From Acidimicrobiia bacterium (GTDB lineage: Bacteria > Actinomycetota > Acidimicrobiia > Spongiisociales > ZC4RG35): DNA of 64,000 nucleotides. The notes beneath the pieces were generated by a model. It was not told the origin of the DNA and ran no database searches. It worked only from the letters and a program-made list of their open reading frames with translations. The DNA lies in contig DASZOM010000041.1 of NCBI GenBank assembly GCA_035550735.1, positions 4,216 through 68,215 on the forward strand, read 5' to 3'. Made by a program: the position numbers and the translations under genes. This document shows positions 19,704 through 28,591 of the stretch, piece by piece; positions within the stretch are counted from its first letter, which is position 1; each line of letters opens with the position of its first letter.

Positions 19704-20167
19704 TGCAGCTCTCCCACGCAATAACCAATCTCGAGACGGCCGTGGAGACCCAGCTTCGGGTAGCCGGGGCGGAGATCGCAGAGGCCGGCGCCCAGTTGAT
19801 GGCTGCGCTGCGGCCGGCGATCAACCAGACCATGATGGAAGTGGTCACCATGGCCGTCGCCGAGATCTCCAGTCAGCTGGAGACACAGGCCATCGACATC
19901 AAACTCGTGGACGGCGATCCCGAGCTGGTCGTGCGCGAGGACCTCTCCGCAGTCCCTCCTCCCCCGCCCCCGCCTCCTCCCGGGAGCGACGATGACTCCG
20001 AGGCACGAATCACGGTGCGGCTTCCCGGATATCTCAAGGACCTGATCTCGATCGAGGCGGAGAACGCCGGTGATTCGATCAACTCCTATGTCGTCGAACT
20101 GTTGAGCAACAAGGCACGCCGTCGTCGTGCATCGGGCAATTCGACCAAGACCACGATCGAGCTGTGA
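19703..20167 (+). CDS. ribbon-helix-helix (CopG/Arc-like) domain protein with N-terminal helical domain and poly-Pro linker
   Basis: C-terminal ITVRLPGYLKDLISIEAENAGDSINSYVVELLSNK fits the RHH beta-alpha-alpha pattern; a PPPPPPPPP linker precedes it. Stop overlaps the GTG of the DUF4097 gene (GTGA). Confidence 0.5.
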   Translation: MQLSHAITNLETAVETQLRVAGAEIAEAGAQLMAALRPAINQTMMEVVTMAVAEISSQLETQAIDIKLVDGDPELVVREDLSAVPPPPPPPPPGSDDDSEARITVRLPGYLKDLISIEAENAGDSINSYVVELLSNKARRRRASGNSTKTTIEL

Positions 20168-20919
20168 TCCACGAGACATTCTCGGTCGACGGTCTTCCGG
20201 ATCTCGAGGTTCGCATCGAATCCGGGCGACTCGAAGTGCACGAGGGGGCTCCCGGGAAGGTGGATGTCACCGTCGAGACCAGGCTTCCCGGTTTCATCGT
20301 CGAGCAGCGGGGCAACTCGATCTTGGTTTCCTCCGACAAGGACGCAGGGTGGTTGTCCCGCGGCTCGGCTTACGTCGTCATCGAGACGCCCCCGGGAAGC
20401 GATCTCAAGGCGAGTGTTGCCTCCGCCCCGATCACGATCGACGTCGACATGGAGAAGGTGGAGATCAAGAGCGCGTCGGGGGACATGGAGATCGAGCGGG
20501 TCAAGGACCTGATCGTCAGGAGCGCCAGCGGCGACGTCCACGTCGAGAAGGTGGGCCGGGCCCTGAGGGCAACCACGGCTTCAGGCGACGTCCGGGTGGA
20601 GTCGGCCAGCGGCTCGGTCGCGGTCGCGACTGCCTCCGGAGACGTGGAGATAGAGAAATCGGACGCGACCGTCGAGATGAACACTGCCTCCGGAGACGCC
20701 TACATCCACGAGTTCACCGGCCGGAGCGCCAACTTCAAGGCGATGTCGGGGAGCATCGACCTGGGGATCCCCACGGGAACGACCGTCGAGCTCGACGTCA
20801 ACACCCTCTCCGGGAAGGTGCGTCTCCCCGACCCGGAGCCCAGCCGTGGCACTCCCACCCGTCACATGGCGATCCGCGCCAAGCTGGTCTCGGGTGACTT
20901 CACGATCGAGCGGGCCTGA
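20164..20919 (+). CDS. DUF4097 ('toastrack', LiaF-like) domain protein
   Basis: Repeated beta-strand units ASGDVHVEK / ASGDVRVES / ASGDVEIEK / ASGDAYIHE typical of DUF4097 putative adhesin/toastrack proteins. Confidence 0.7.
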   Translation: MIHETFSVDGLPDLEVRIESGRLEVHEGAPGKVDVTVETRLPGFIVEQRGNSILVSSDKDAGWLSRGSAYVVIETPPGSDLKASVASAPITIDVDMEKVEIKSASGDMEIERVKDLIVRSASGDVHVEKVGRALRATTASGDVRVESASGSVAVATASGDVEIEKSDATVEMNTASGDAYIHEFTGRSANFKAMSGSIDLGIPTGTTVELDVNTLSGKVRLPDPEPSRGTPTRHMAIRAKLVSGDFTIERA

Positions 20920-20958
20920 CCCCCACTCCTGGGCCGGGCTGCGAATCCTGCCTCGGCT

Positions 20959-22956
20959 TCAGGCCTCTGCGGGACGTCCCTTGGTACGGGGGAGCTTCCG
21001 ACCCAGTTTGAGGGACTCGGTTACTTCCTCACCCTCCTGGTCGTCCTTCGCCACTGCGGCGGCGACTTCCTCGCGCTGCTGCGGCAAGACCGGGTTGTCG
21101 GGGTACTTGATACGCAACGATCCGTCGAAGGCGTGTTCCCACTTGGGCACGTCGTGGAAGATCTCGGCGACCTCCTCGCGGTCCACGGTCTCCCTGTCGA
21201 GGAGGGACGCCACCATCCTCTCCAACGCATCCTGATGATGTTCGAGGATGGAGCGCGCCTCCTCGTGAGCGGCGTTGATCAGCTTGCGGACCTCGGCGTC
21301 GATGAATGCGGCGACCTCGTCGGAGTAGTCTTGCTGTCTCGAGTAGTCACGGCCTAAGAAGACCTCGCCATTCGGCTTCCCGTACTGCATCGGCCCCAGC
21401 TCGTCGCTCATGCCGTACTCCATGACCATGCGCCGGGCGAGGGTGGTGGCCTTCTCGATGTCGTCTGCGGCGCCGGTGGAGGGGTCGGCAAAGATCAGCT
21501 CCTCGGCGGTGCGGCCACCGAGCAGCATGGCGAGCCGGTCGACCAGCTCGCTGCGCCGCGAGATGTACTTGTCATGGGTGGGCAGCGACAGGGTGTGGCC
21601 GAGTGAGCGGCCCCGGGAGACGATCGTGATCTTGTGCACCGGGTCGGAGTTGGGGAGGGCATAGCCGACCAGGGCGTGGCCGGTCTCGTGATAGGCGATG
21701 ACCTTGCGCTCCTCCTCGGAGAGGACTCGCGTCTTGCGCTCGGGCCCTGCGATGACACGGTCGATGGCCTCCTCGAGCTCGACCATGGTGATCTGCTTGC
21801 TGCGCTTGCGGGCGGCGAGCAGCGCTGCCTCGTTGATCAGGTTGGCCAGGTCTGCGCCGGTGAAGCCGGGGGTCCGCCTGGCAAGGACGGCCAGGTCGAT
21901 CTCGTCGGCGAGGGGCTTGCCCTTGGCGTGGACGGCGAGGATCGCCTCCCGTCCCTCCACGTCGGGAGCGTCGACGGTGATCTGACGGTCGAAGCGCCCG
22001 GGGCGAAGCAGGGCAGGGTCGAGGATGTCGGGCCGGTTGGTCGCCGCCATCACGATCACGCCGGTGTTGCCCTCGAACCCGTCCAACTCGACCAGGAGCT
22101 GGTTGAGGGTCTGCTCCCTCTCGTCGTGGCCACCTCCGAGCCCGGCGCCTCGATGCCGTCCGACGGCATCGATCTCGTCGATGAAGACGATGGCGGGCGC
22201 GCTCTGCTTCGCCTGCTCGAAGAGGTCACGAACACGCGCGGCACCGACGCCAACGAACATCTCGACGAAGTCCGAGCCTGAGATCGACATGAAGGGCACA
22301 CCGGCCTCGCCGGCCACCGCCCGGGCGAGCAGGGTCTTGCCGGTGCCGGGAGGGCCGAAGAGCAGGACGCCCTTGGGGATCTTGGCGCCCATCTGGCGGT
22401 AGCGATCCGGGTTGGCGAGGAAGTCCTTGATCTCCTCCAGCTCCTCTTTGGCCTCGAGGAGACCGGCCACGTCGTCGAATGTGACCTTGGGCTGCTCCTT
22501 GCCGACGAGCTTGGCCCGGGACTTGCCGAACTGCATGACCCGGTTCCCCCCACCCTGCATCTGCATGAAGATGAAGACCATGAATCCGAGCAGGAAGAGC
22601 CAGGGGAGGAACCCGATCAGCAGCTCCCAGAAGCCTGCGGGCTCCTCATTGACATCCCAATTGGTCCCGGTCCGCTCCAGGGTGTCGGTGAGCTGGGTCT
22701 CGAAGCCCTCGACATAGCTGGCCACTTGGTCGAAGGTGCCCTCTTCTGCGTCGCTGCCGATGGTACGGCCCTGCGCCCGCTTGGATCGGGCGAGGAGGAC
22801 GACCTCCTCGTACTCGCCGTCCTCGACGTTCTGGACGAACTGGGAGATGGTGATCTCCTCGGGCCCGGCGACCTGATCGAACCACCAGGAGAAGAGGATG
22901 GCGACGAGGATGATCGACATCCCGTAGACGATGAGGGTTCGCAGGGTGCGGTTCAC
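20959..22956 (-). CDS. ftsH: ATP-dependent zinc metalloprotease FtsH
   Basis: Two N-terminal TM helices, AAA module GPPGTGKT and protease HEXGH (HETGHAL). GTG start. Confidence 0.95.
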   Translation of the reverse strand: MNRTLRTLIVYGMSIILVAILFSWWFDQVAGPEEITISQFVQNVEDGEYEEVVLLARSKRAQGRTIGSDAEEGTFDQVASYVEGFETQLTDTLERTGTNWDVNEEPAGFWELLIGFLPWLFLLGFMVFIFMQMQGGGNRVMQFGKSRAKLVGKEQPKVTFDDVAGLLEAKEELEEIKDFLANPDRYRQMGAKIPKGVLLFGPPGTGKTLLARAVAGEAGVPFMSISGSDFVEMFVGVGAARVRDLFEQAKQSAPAIVFIDEIDAVGRHRGAGLGGGHDEREQTLNQLLVELDGFEGNTGVIVMAATNRPDILDPALLRPGRFDRQITVDAPDVEGREAILAVHAKGKPLADEIDLAVLARRTPGFTGADLANLINEAALLAARKRSKQITMVELEEAIDRVIAGPERKTRVLSEEERKVIAYHETGHALVGYALPNSDPVHKITIVSRGRSLGHTLSLPTHDKYISRRSELVDRLAMLLGGRTAEELIFADPSTGAADDIEKATTLARRMVMEYGMSDELGPMQYGKPNGEVFLGRDYSRQQDYSDEVAAFIDAEVRKLINAAHEEARSILEHHQDALERMVASLLDRETVDREEVAEIFHDVPKWEHAFDGSLRIKYPDNPVLPQQREEVAAAVAKDDQEGEEVTESLKLGRKLPRTKGRPAEA

Positions 22957-23026
22957 AAGGCCTCGGTTCTGAGGGGGCTGTCGTAGATGCTACGACGGAT
23001 GATGGCGTATTCGAACCCCGCCGCGG

Positions 23027-23548
23027 TCAGGATTGTTCCCCCATGACCCCGACGTAGGGGAGGTTTCGGTACTTCCCGGCGTAGTCGAGGCCGTACCCCA
23101 CGACGAACTCCGGGCCGATGGGGAAGGCGACGTACTTGACGTCGATGGGCACCCTCTGGATGCCCTCCTTGAGCAGGAGAGCGGCTATCTCCAGCGAAGC
23201 CGGCTTGCGCACCTTGAGACTCTTGATCAGGTAGTTCAAGGTCAGGCCGGAGTCGATGATGTCCTCCACGATGAGGACATGGCGCCCGTCGATCTCCTCG
23301 TCGAGGTCTTTGAGGATGCGGACGACGCCGGAGGTCTGTGTCGATGCTCCGTAGGAGGACACAGCCATGAAGTCGAATTCGCAGGGGAGGTCGAGATGCC
23401 GGGCGAGGTCCGCCATCACCATGAAGGCGCCGCGGAGGACCCCCACAAGGAGCAGGTCCTTGCCCTCGTAGTCGGCGGTGATGCGCTTGCCCATCTCGGC
23501 GAGCTTCGCTTCGATCTCCTCTGCGGTGATCAGGGGCTTGATGTCCAT
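23027..23548 (-). CDS. hpt: hypoxanthine-guanine phosphoribosyltransferase
   Basis: Start MDIKPLITAEEIE at 23548; PRPP motif VLIVEDIIDSGLT. The table ORF start at 23668 is a run-on. Confidence 0.9.
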   Translation of the reverse strand: MDIKPLITAEEIEAKLAEMGKRITADYEGKDLLLVGVLRGAFMVMADLARHLDLPCEFDFMAVSSYGASTQTSGVVRILKDLDEEIDGRHVLIVEDIIDSGLTLNYLIKSLKVRKPASLEIAALLLKEGIQRVPIDVKYVAFPIGPEFVVGYGLDYAGKYRNLPYVGVMGEQS

Positions 23549-23621
23549 CCCGGGTCTCTCCTGCGGGTCTCGTGGTCTCGACCGGGAACCTAGCCCGCCG
23601 GGATGACGACCGGCAACGCGC

Positions 23622-24518
23622 TCACTCGACCACGACCAGGGCGCCACGCCGGGTGACACGTCTCCCACCGGTGAGGTCCTGGCTTTCGGTCTCCCCGGTC
23701 ACGACTGACCAGACCCGTTGCATACGGTCCGCGGTCACGCCGACGTCTGATTCCAAGAGGATTCTCTGCAGCAGCCGGTCGGCGACGGGTCGGGGCAGGG
23801 TCAGCGCCAGAGCGGTGGGAACACCGGCAGACTCGCCGGTCTCCGGCACCAGCGAGTCCAGGAAGGCGTGGTCCCGATCCACCGCCGTGGCGGTGCGGGC
23901 CAGGCTCTCCACGATGCGGGGGTTCATCTCGGCGAGCAAGGGGAGGACCTGGTGGCGCACCCGATTGCGGGCGAGGGCGAAGTCGTCGTTCATCGGGTCG
24001 TCGAAGAACGCCAGCCCGGCCAGGGCCGCCAGCTCCCGGGTCTCGCTTCGGGAGATGGAGAGCATCGGGCGATAGGTGTTGGGCGGGCGGTGATACGGGA
24101 TCCCGGTCAGCCCGGCGGGGCCGGTCCCCCGGATCAGGTTGATCAGGATGGTCTCGGCGTTGTCATCCCGGGTGTGGCCGGTGAGGACGGTCTGATCCCG
24201 GGTGTCGAAGACCTGGTATCGGGCCTCGCGGGCCCGCTCCTCTGGTGAGGGGCCCTCCTCGACCACCACGCTCACGGTCTCCAGGGGTGTCGCCAGTGCG
24301 GTGGCGATCGACTTGGCGGCCTCGGCGAGTCTCTGGGAGGCGGGAAGACCGTGGTCGACGTGGACCAGCCCCATCTCCCGACTCGAGCCGGCACAGAGAT
24401 AGGCGAGGGCTGCGGAGTCGGCGCCGCCGGAGAGGGCGACGGTGACCGGCCCGGCGGGCAGTCTCAACTTGGCTGTGGCGACCTTGGCGAGCTCGGTCAG
24501 GCGACGCGTCGCAGCCAT
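23622..24518 (-). CDS. tilS: tRNA(Ile)-lysidine synthetase
   Basis: PP-loop SGGADS and the TilS N-terminal domain. Synteny ftsH-hpt-tilS. Confidence 0.85.
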   Translation of the reverse strand: MAATRRLTELAKVATAKLRLPAGPVTVALSGGADSAALAYLCAGSSREMGLVHVDHGLPASQRLAEAAKSIATALATPLETVSVVVEEGPSPEERAREARYQVFDTRDQTVLTGHTRDDNAETILINLIRGTGPAGLTGIPYHRPPNTYRPMLSISRSETRELAALAGLAFFDDPMNDDFALARNRVRHQVLPLLAEMNPRIVESLARTATAVDRDHAFLDSLVPETGESAGVPTALALTLPRPVADRLLQRILLESDVGVTADRMQRVWSVVTGETESQDLTGGRRVTRRGALVVVE

Positions 24519-25537
24519 GCCTTCGGGTCACTGATCTCGGCGAGATCTGGGAGGCTGGATGCTCCGCGGAATGCCAGGCGCAAGACGTCCCAGCCGGCCT
24601 CGCGCTCGACGATCGTGATGAATCGCTCCCCCTGCTTGTACTGCTTCAGCTTCATCTCCAGACCGGTGAGCCGGAAGAACGCCCGCGTGCGCCGATCCTG
24701 GCGCCTCCCCTTCAGCACCCTGCTCATCCGCTCCTGGGACTTGAGTCTCTCCGCCCCGACCCGGTCCATCACGACGTGGCCGTGCCCCTCGAGAAGCGAC
24801 ATCAGGGCCTGGACCTTGTCCACCACCGCGTTCTGCTCTCGTGTGGCGAACAGGCCGAACAGACCCCGCTCGTCGATGATCGGCGACCCCGAGGCGCGGC
24901 GCTCGCCGATGACGTCGACCAGCCGCCCCAGCGTCCCCGGCTCGGGTCGGGCCGACTCCACCAGCTCGGTCACCAGATCGAGGAAGTAGCCGCGCATCCA
25001 GGGGATGCCCTGGAACTGGGCGCGGTGGGTCATCTCGTGCAGCGCCACCCAATAGCGGAACTCGGAAGGGTTGAACTGGTGGGTTCGCTCCAACTGCAGG
25101 ATGTTGGGGCCGACGTAAGAGACAGTGTCGCCCGACTCGCCGGTGGGGAGGACCAGCTCGTACTGGCCGAGGACCCTGCGGGCGAGCACGGAGAGCACGG
25201 CCCTGGTCTCGGCGGCGATGAGACGCTCGGCGAGGACCGCGGCCGATGGGCCGCTTCCGGACTCCGCCATTCGCTCCTCCAACTTGCGTCGGGCCGGCTC
25301 CGTGAGCACGGAGAAGGTGGAGACATTGCGCTCGATCCACGCCGTGCGGTCGATCACGGCGGTGACCGGCGAGCCAGGCAGGTCGAGACCGGTGGCTTCG
25401 GGAACGACCGCAGAGACCTCCTCGGTGACACGGGCCATCTCCTCGCCGAGATTGCTCCAGTGATAGGTGTCTGCCAGGGGGTAGCCGCCGGCGAGTCGGC
25501 TGGAGATCCGGCCCCAACCAGGCCGTGAAGAGGTCAC
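24497..25537 (-). CDS. zinc-dependent metalloprotease (zincin-like, DUF2342 family)
   Basis: HEMTH zinc motif (WVALHEMTHRAQF); GTG start. Confidence 0.7.
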   Translation of the reverse strand: MTSSRPGWGRISSRLAGGYPLADTYHWSNLGEEMARVTEEVSAVVPEATGLDLPGSPVTAVIDRTAWIERNVSTFSVLTEPARRKLEERMAESGSGPSAAVLAERLIAAETRAVLSVLARRVLGQYELVLPTGESGDTVSYVGPNILQLERTHQFNPSEFRYWVALHEMTHRAQFQGIPWMRGYFLDLVTELVESARPEPGTLGRLVDVIGERRASGSPIIDERGLFGLFATREQNAVVDKVQALMSLLEGHGHVVMDRVGAERLKSQERMSRVLKGRRQDRRTRAFFRLTGLEMKLKQYKQGERFITIVEREAGWDVLRLAFRGASSLPDLAEISDPKAWLRRVA

Positions 25538-25851
25538 TCCTCGATGATGCGGTACCGCTTGCGCACCACGTCGGTGAAGTACTTGACCGCGGTGATCAGG
25601 ATGATCACGACGGCAAGGGCGATCGCAGTCGGCACCATGTACCGATAGGTCCAGTCCTCCTGGGCGGGGGCTGCCTCGGGCTCTTCGACCGGGACCGCCG
25701 GTGTCAGGTCGGTCACCACCGTGGTGGTGCTCCCCTCCCCAGCGCCCTCGCCGCCTTCACCCTCTTCCACGGCGAGCACCATGAGGGGAAGAGCCAAGAC
25801 CATGACTGCGATGAGCGTCAGCAGGATGGTGTTGCGACCGAATCGACGCAT
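25534..25851 (-). CDS. small membrane protein (one N-terminal and one C-terminal TM helix, acidic Gly/Glu-rich middle)
   Basis: Start MRRFGRNTILLTLIAVMVLALPL (an alternative MQTV lies 10 codons upstream). High GC3. Confidence 0.4.
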   Translation of the reverse strand: MRRFGRNTILLTLIAVMVLALPLMVLAVEEGEGGEGAGEGSTTTVVTDLTPAVPVEEPEAAPAQEDWTYRYMVPTAIALAVVIILITAVKYFTDVVRKRYRIIEE

Positions 25852-25889
25852 GTCGGCCAGCCTACCGCCCACCGTTTGCATCGGAGAAA

Positions 25890-26123
25890 CTATGCCGTCT
25901 CCTGGCGGATCAGGGCCCGGACCTTGTCGAGGAGGCTCTCCGGCATCTCCTCGCTGAGGCACTCGCGGATGGTGAGCTTGAGCCTGCGTTCGAAGTCGAA
26001 GGAGTGGAGACAGGGTGGGCAATCCTCCAGGTGCGCCCTCACCTGGGCGGCAGCCGCCGAGTCGAGCTCGGCATCGATGTAGGCATAGAGATGTCGCCGG
26101 GCTTCGCCGCACTCGTCGCTCAT
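25890..26123 (-). CDS. rsrA: zinc-binding anti-sigma factor (ZAS family, RsrA/RshA-like)
   Basis: HxxxCxxC motif [16 protein letters not shown] overlap with the upstream ECF sigma gene. Confidence 0.8.
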   Translation of the reverse strand: MSDECGEARRHLYAYIDAELDSAAAAQVRAHLEDCPPCLHSFDFERRLKLTIRECLSEEMPESLLDKVRALIRQETA

Positions 26124-26698
26124 GGTCTTTCTGCGCCCTCTGGGATGAGCCCTCGCTGGCTCGCGAATTCCCACAACCGCTTCTGCATGGCTTTTCTTCC
26201 GCGGTGCAACCGCGACATGACGGTGCCGATTGGGATGTCGAGGATCTCTGCGATCTCCTTGTAGGAGAACCCCTCGAGATCGGCGAGGAGCACCGGGATC
26301 CGGAAGTTCTCCGGAAGCTCCTCGACCGCTGCCTTGATGTCGGACTCGACCAGACCGTCGAGCACCCGGTCCTCGGTGGTGCGGGAGGCGTCCGCCGACT
26401 CCTCTGATCCGAGACGCCGGTAGAGATAGAGGTCCTCGACGTCGCCGAGATCGACCTCGTTGGGTCGACGGGACTCCTTGCGGTACTTGTTGATGAAGGT
26501 GTTGGTCAGGATCCGGTACAGCCAGGCCTTGAGGTTGGTGCCTTCCTCGAACGTGTGATAGGCGCGGAACGCCTTGAGAAAGGTCTCCTGAACCAGGTCC
26601 TCGGCGTCCGAGGGGTTGCGGGCCATCCGCAGGGCGGCCGAGTAGAGCTGTCGCGAGTACTGGAGCGCGTCTCGCTCGAAATTCGCCTGGTCGGCCAT
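26120..26698 (-). CDS. ECF sigma factor, SigR/SigH-type
   Basis: Sigma-70 region 2 ([14 protein letters not shown]) and region 4 ([19 protein letters not shown]). Paired with the ZAS anti-sigma downstream. Confidence 0.85.
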   Translation of the reverse strand: MADQANFERDALQYSRQLYSAALRMARNPSDAEDLVQETFLKAFRAYHTFEEGTNLKAWLYRILTNTFINKYRKESRRPNEVDLGDVEDLYLYRRLGSEESADASRTTEDRVLDGLVESDIKAAVEELPENFRIPVLLADLEGFSYKEIAEILDIPIGTVMSRLHRGRKAMQKRLWEFASQRGLIPEGAERP

Positions 26699-26741
26699 GA
26701 GAGCGGCACGCTAGCCGGGGGTCGATTGGGGAACGATTTGG

Positions 26742-26814
26742 GAGCCGGAGAGGGGAGTCGAACCCCTGGCCTATTCATTACGAGTGAATTGCTCTACCAC
26801 TGAGCTACTCCGGC
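26742..26814 (-). tRNA. tRNA-Thr (anticodon CGT)
   Basis: rc = GCCGGAGTAGCTCAGTGGTAGAGCAATTCACTCGTAATGAATAGGCCAGGGGTTCGACTCCCCTCTCCGGCT. Cloverleaf with 7-bp acceptor stem, D, anticodon (loop CTCGTAA) and T arms. Confidence 0.85.
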
Positions 26815-26905
26815 GAGGGTCCCATTGTACGGCGCCCTCCCCTGCTCGGCGAAGGTCGATGCTGGGCCGGATCTCCCCCTCAGCGGGATGAACTGCACGT
26901 CATCG

Positions 26906-27928
26906 TCACTCCTCCGAGCCCAGGGCGGAGAAGAGGTTGGCGAGCACCAGCTCGCGACGCAGGTTGGCCTGGATGTCGACGACGGCGTCGAGGACCGCCT
27001 CCGCCGCCGAAACCGCCCGACGCGGGGCCACGTCGGTGAGCGAGGCCAGGTCGAGGTCCCGGTTGCGGATCGGACCTCCCAGTTGCAGTGACGCCGAGTC
27101 GGAGTACCACGAGGCGAGGATCTCGAGACCGTTGACCAGCAGCGACATCTCGGCCCGCCGACGAGCCCGCTGCTCCTTCTCCTTGCTGAGGTCATCGGGG
27201 ATCGAGTCCTCGACCAGGGGGGCCAGCTCTGCCAGCACGCGGGTGGCGAGGCGCTGCCCGTCCCCCGGATGCGGGGTCACCAGACCTGGGATGGACAGCC
27301 ACATCTCACGAAACCGGGCGACTTCGGGCTGGCTCATCAACGCGAGGGCCAGCCCGGGGCGTCCGCCCGAGACCACCGCCACCCCGCTCGCCGACTCCTC
27401 GTCGAGGCCGCGTGACACCAGGGCGGAGACCATCTCGGGCATGGGGACCCGCCCCACATGGATGGTGCGGCACCGGGATGCCACGGTTGGTGGGAAATCC
27501 TCCTCGGACTCGGCCACCAGGATGAAGACCACCTGGGCCAGGGGCTCCTCGAGTGTCTTGAGGAGGACATTGGCCGCATGCTCGGTCATCGAGCCGGCGT
27601 CGGGGAAGAGGAAGACGCTCCGGTCGGCCTCGATCGGCGTCAGCGACGCCCGCGACACGACCTCTCTCGCTTGTTCGACCCCGAGACTGGTGGCGCCTTC
27701 CGGCTCGAGGACACGCAGGTCGGGATGACCGGCGGCCAGGGCGAGTCTCCGGGCCCGTTCGTCGTGGATCCCGCCGAGCAACCCGGCGGCGAAGCGGAGT
27801 GCGATGGCCTCCTTCCCCACCGACTGCGGGCCCACGAGCAGATAGGCCTGCCCGGGATGGTCCAGCTCCGACTCGAGCAGATCGATCACACCACGATGGC
27901 CGATGATGTCGTCGAACAGACCGGTCAC
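26906..27928 (-). CDS. holB: DNA polymerase III subunit delta-prime
   Basis: AAA+-like LLVGPQSVGKEAIA and the delta-prime architecture. GTG start overlaps the tmk stop. Confidence 0.8.
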   Translation of the reverse strand: MTGLFDDIIGHRGVIDLLESELDHPGQAYLLVGPQSVGKEAIALRFAAGLLGGIHDERARRLALAAGHPDLRVLEPEGATSLGVEQAREVVSRASLTPIEADRSVFLFPDAGSMTEHAANVLLKTLEEPLAQVVFILVAESEEDFPPTVASRCRTIHVGRVPMPEMVSALVSRGLDEESASGVAVVSGGRPGLALALMSQPEVARFREMWLSIPGLVTPHPGDGQRLATRVLAELAPLVEDSIPDDLSKEKEQRARRRAEMSLLVNGLEILASWYSDSASLQLGGPIRNRDLDLASLTDVAPRRAVSAAEAVLDAVVDIQANLRRELVLANLFSALGSEE

Positions 27929-28560
27929 GTCGCGATCTCCAGGATCTTGGTGACCATGTCGTCCACGGTCAGAGAGCCGTCAAGCAGCACGACCTTCGGG
28001 TCGGTGCGCGCCAGATCGAGATAGGCCTCCCTCACCGCGGCCTGGAACTCGAGACCTTCGCGCCCGATCCGGTCGGGCCGATCCTGACGCTCCAAGGCCA
28101 CGCCGGGCTCGACGTCGAGGACGAAGACATGGTCGGGGACGACCCCGTCCAGACCCGTCTCGTTGATCCTTCGCACCCTGTCCTCTCCCAGGCCCCGTGC
28201 CCGGCCCTGGTAGGTGATCGACGAGTAATAGGTCCGGTCGGAGACCACCCAGCGGCCCTCGGCGAGCGCCGGAGCGATCACCTCCCGGGCCAACTCGGCG
28301 CGCTGGGCGGCGAAGAGGAAGACTTCGGCCCAATCGTCGAGCCGGTCCGAGTCGAGGAGCAAGGCCCGCACCGCCTCTCCCAGGTCGGTCCCACCCGGCT
28401 CCCGGACCAGGATGGCGGCGGTCCCGGCATCCGTGAGACGGTCGACGAGGGCCTTGGCGACGGTGCTCTTGCCGCTGCCGTCGACGCCCTCCAGGGCGAT
28501 GTACCTGCTCACTGCGGACACGGTAACCAGGCCTCGTGACACGAAGACAGAGATTGACAT
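27925..28560 (-). CDS. tmk: thymidylate kinase
   Basis: P-loop LEGVDGSGKST and the DRY-like region. Start MSISV at 28560 (a GTG at VSRY is also possible); the table ORF start at 28668 is a run-on. Confidence 0.8.
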   Translation of the reverse strand: MSISVFVSRGLVTVSAVSRYIALEGVDGSGKSTVAKALVDRLTDAGTAAILVREPGGTDLGEAVRALLLDSDRLDDWAEVFLFAAQRAELAREVIAPALAEGRWVVSDRTYYSSITYQGRARGLGEDRVRRINETGLDGVVPDHVFVLDVEPGVALERQDRPDRIGREGLEFQAAVREAYLDLARTDPKVVLLDGSLTVDDMVTKILEIAT

Positions 28561-28591
28561 AGGGCCTGGGCATGGTGTCAACTGCGGGCCA

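Noticed and set aside
26699-26742. Search for canonical SigR/SigH promoter (GGAAT/C-N16-18-GTT) upstream of sigR
   Set aside because: Not found on the coding strand in the 44-bp gap. A GGGAAC on the opposite strand was judged irrelevant.
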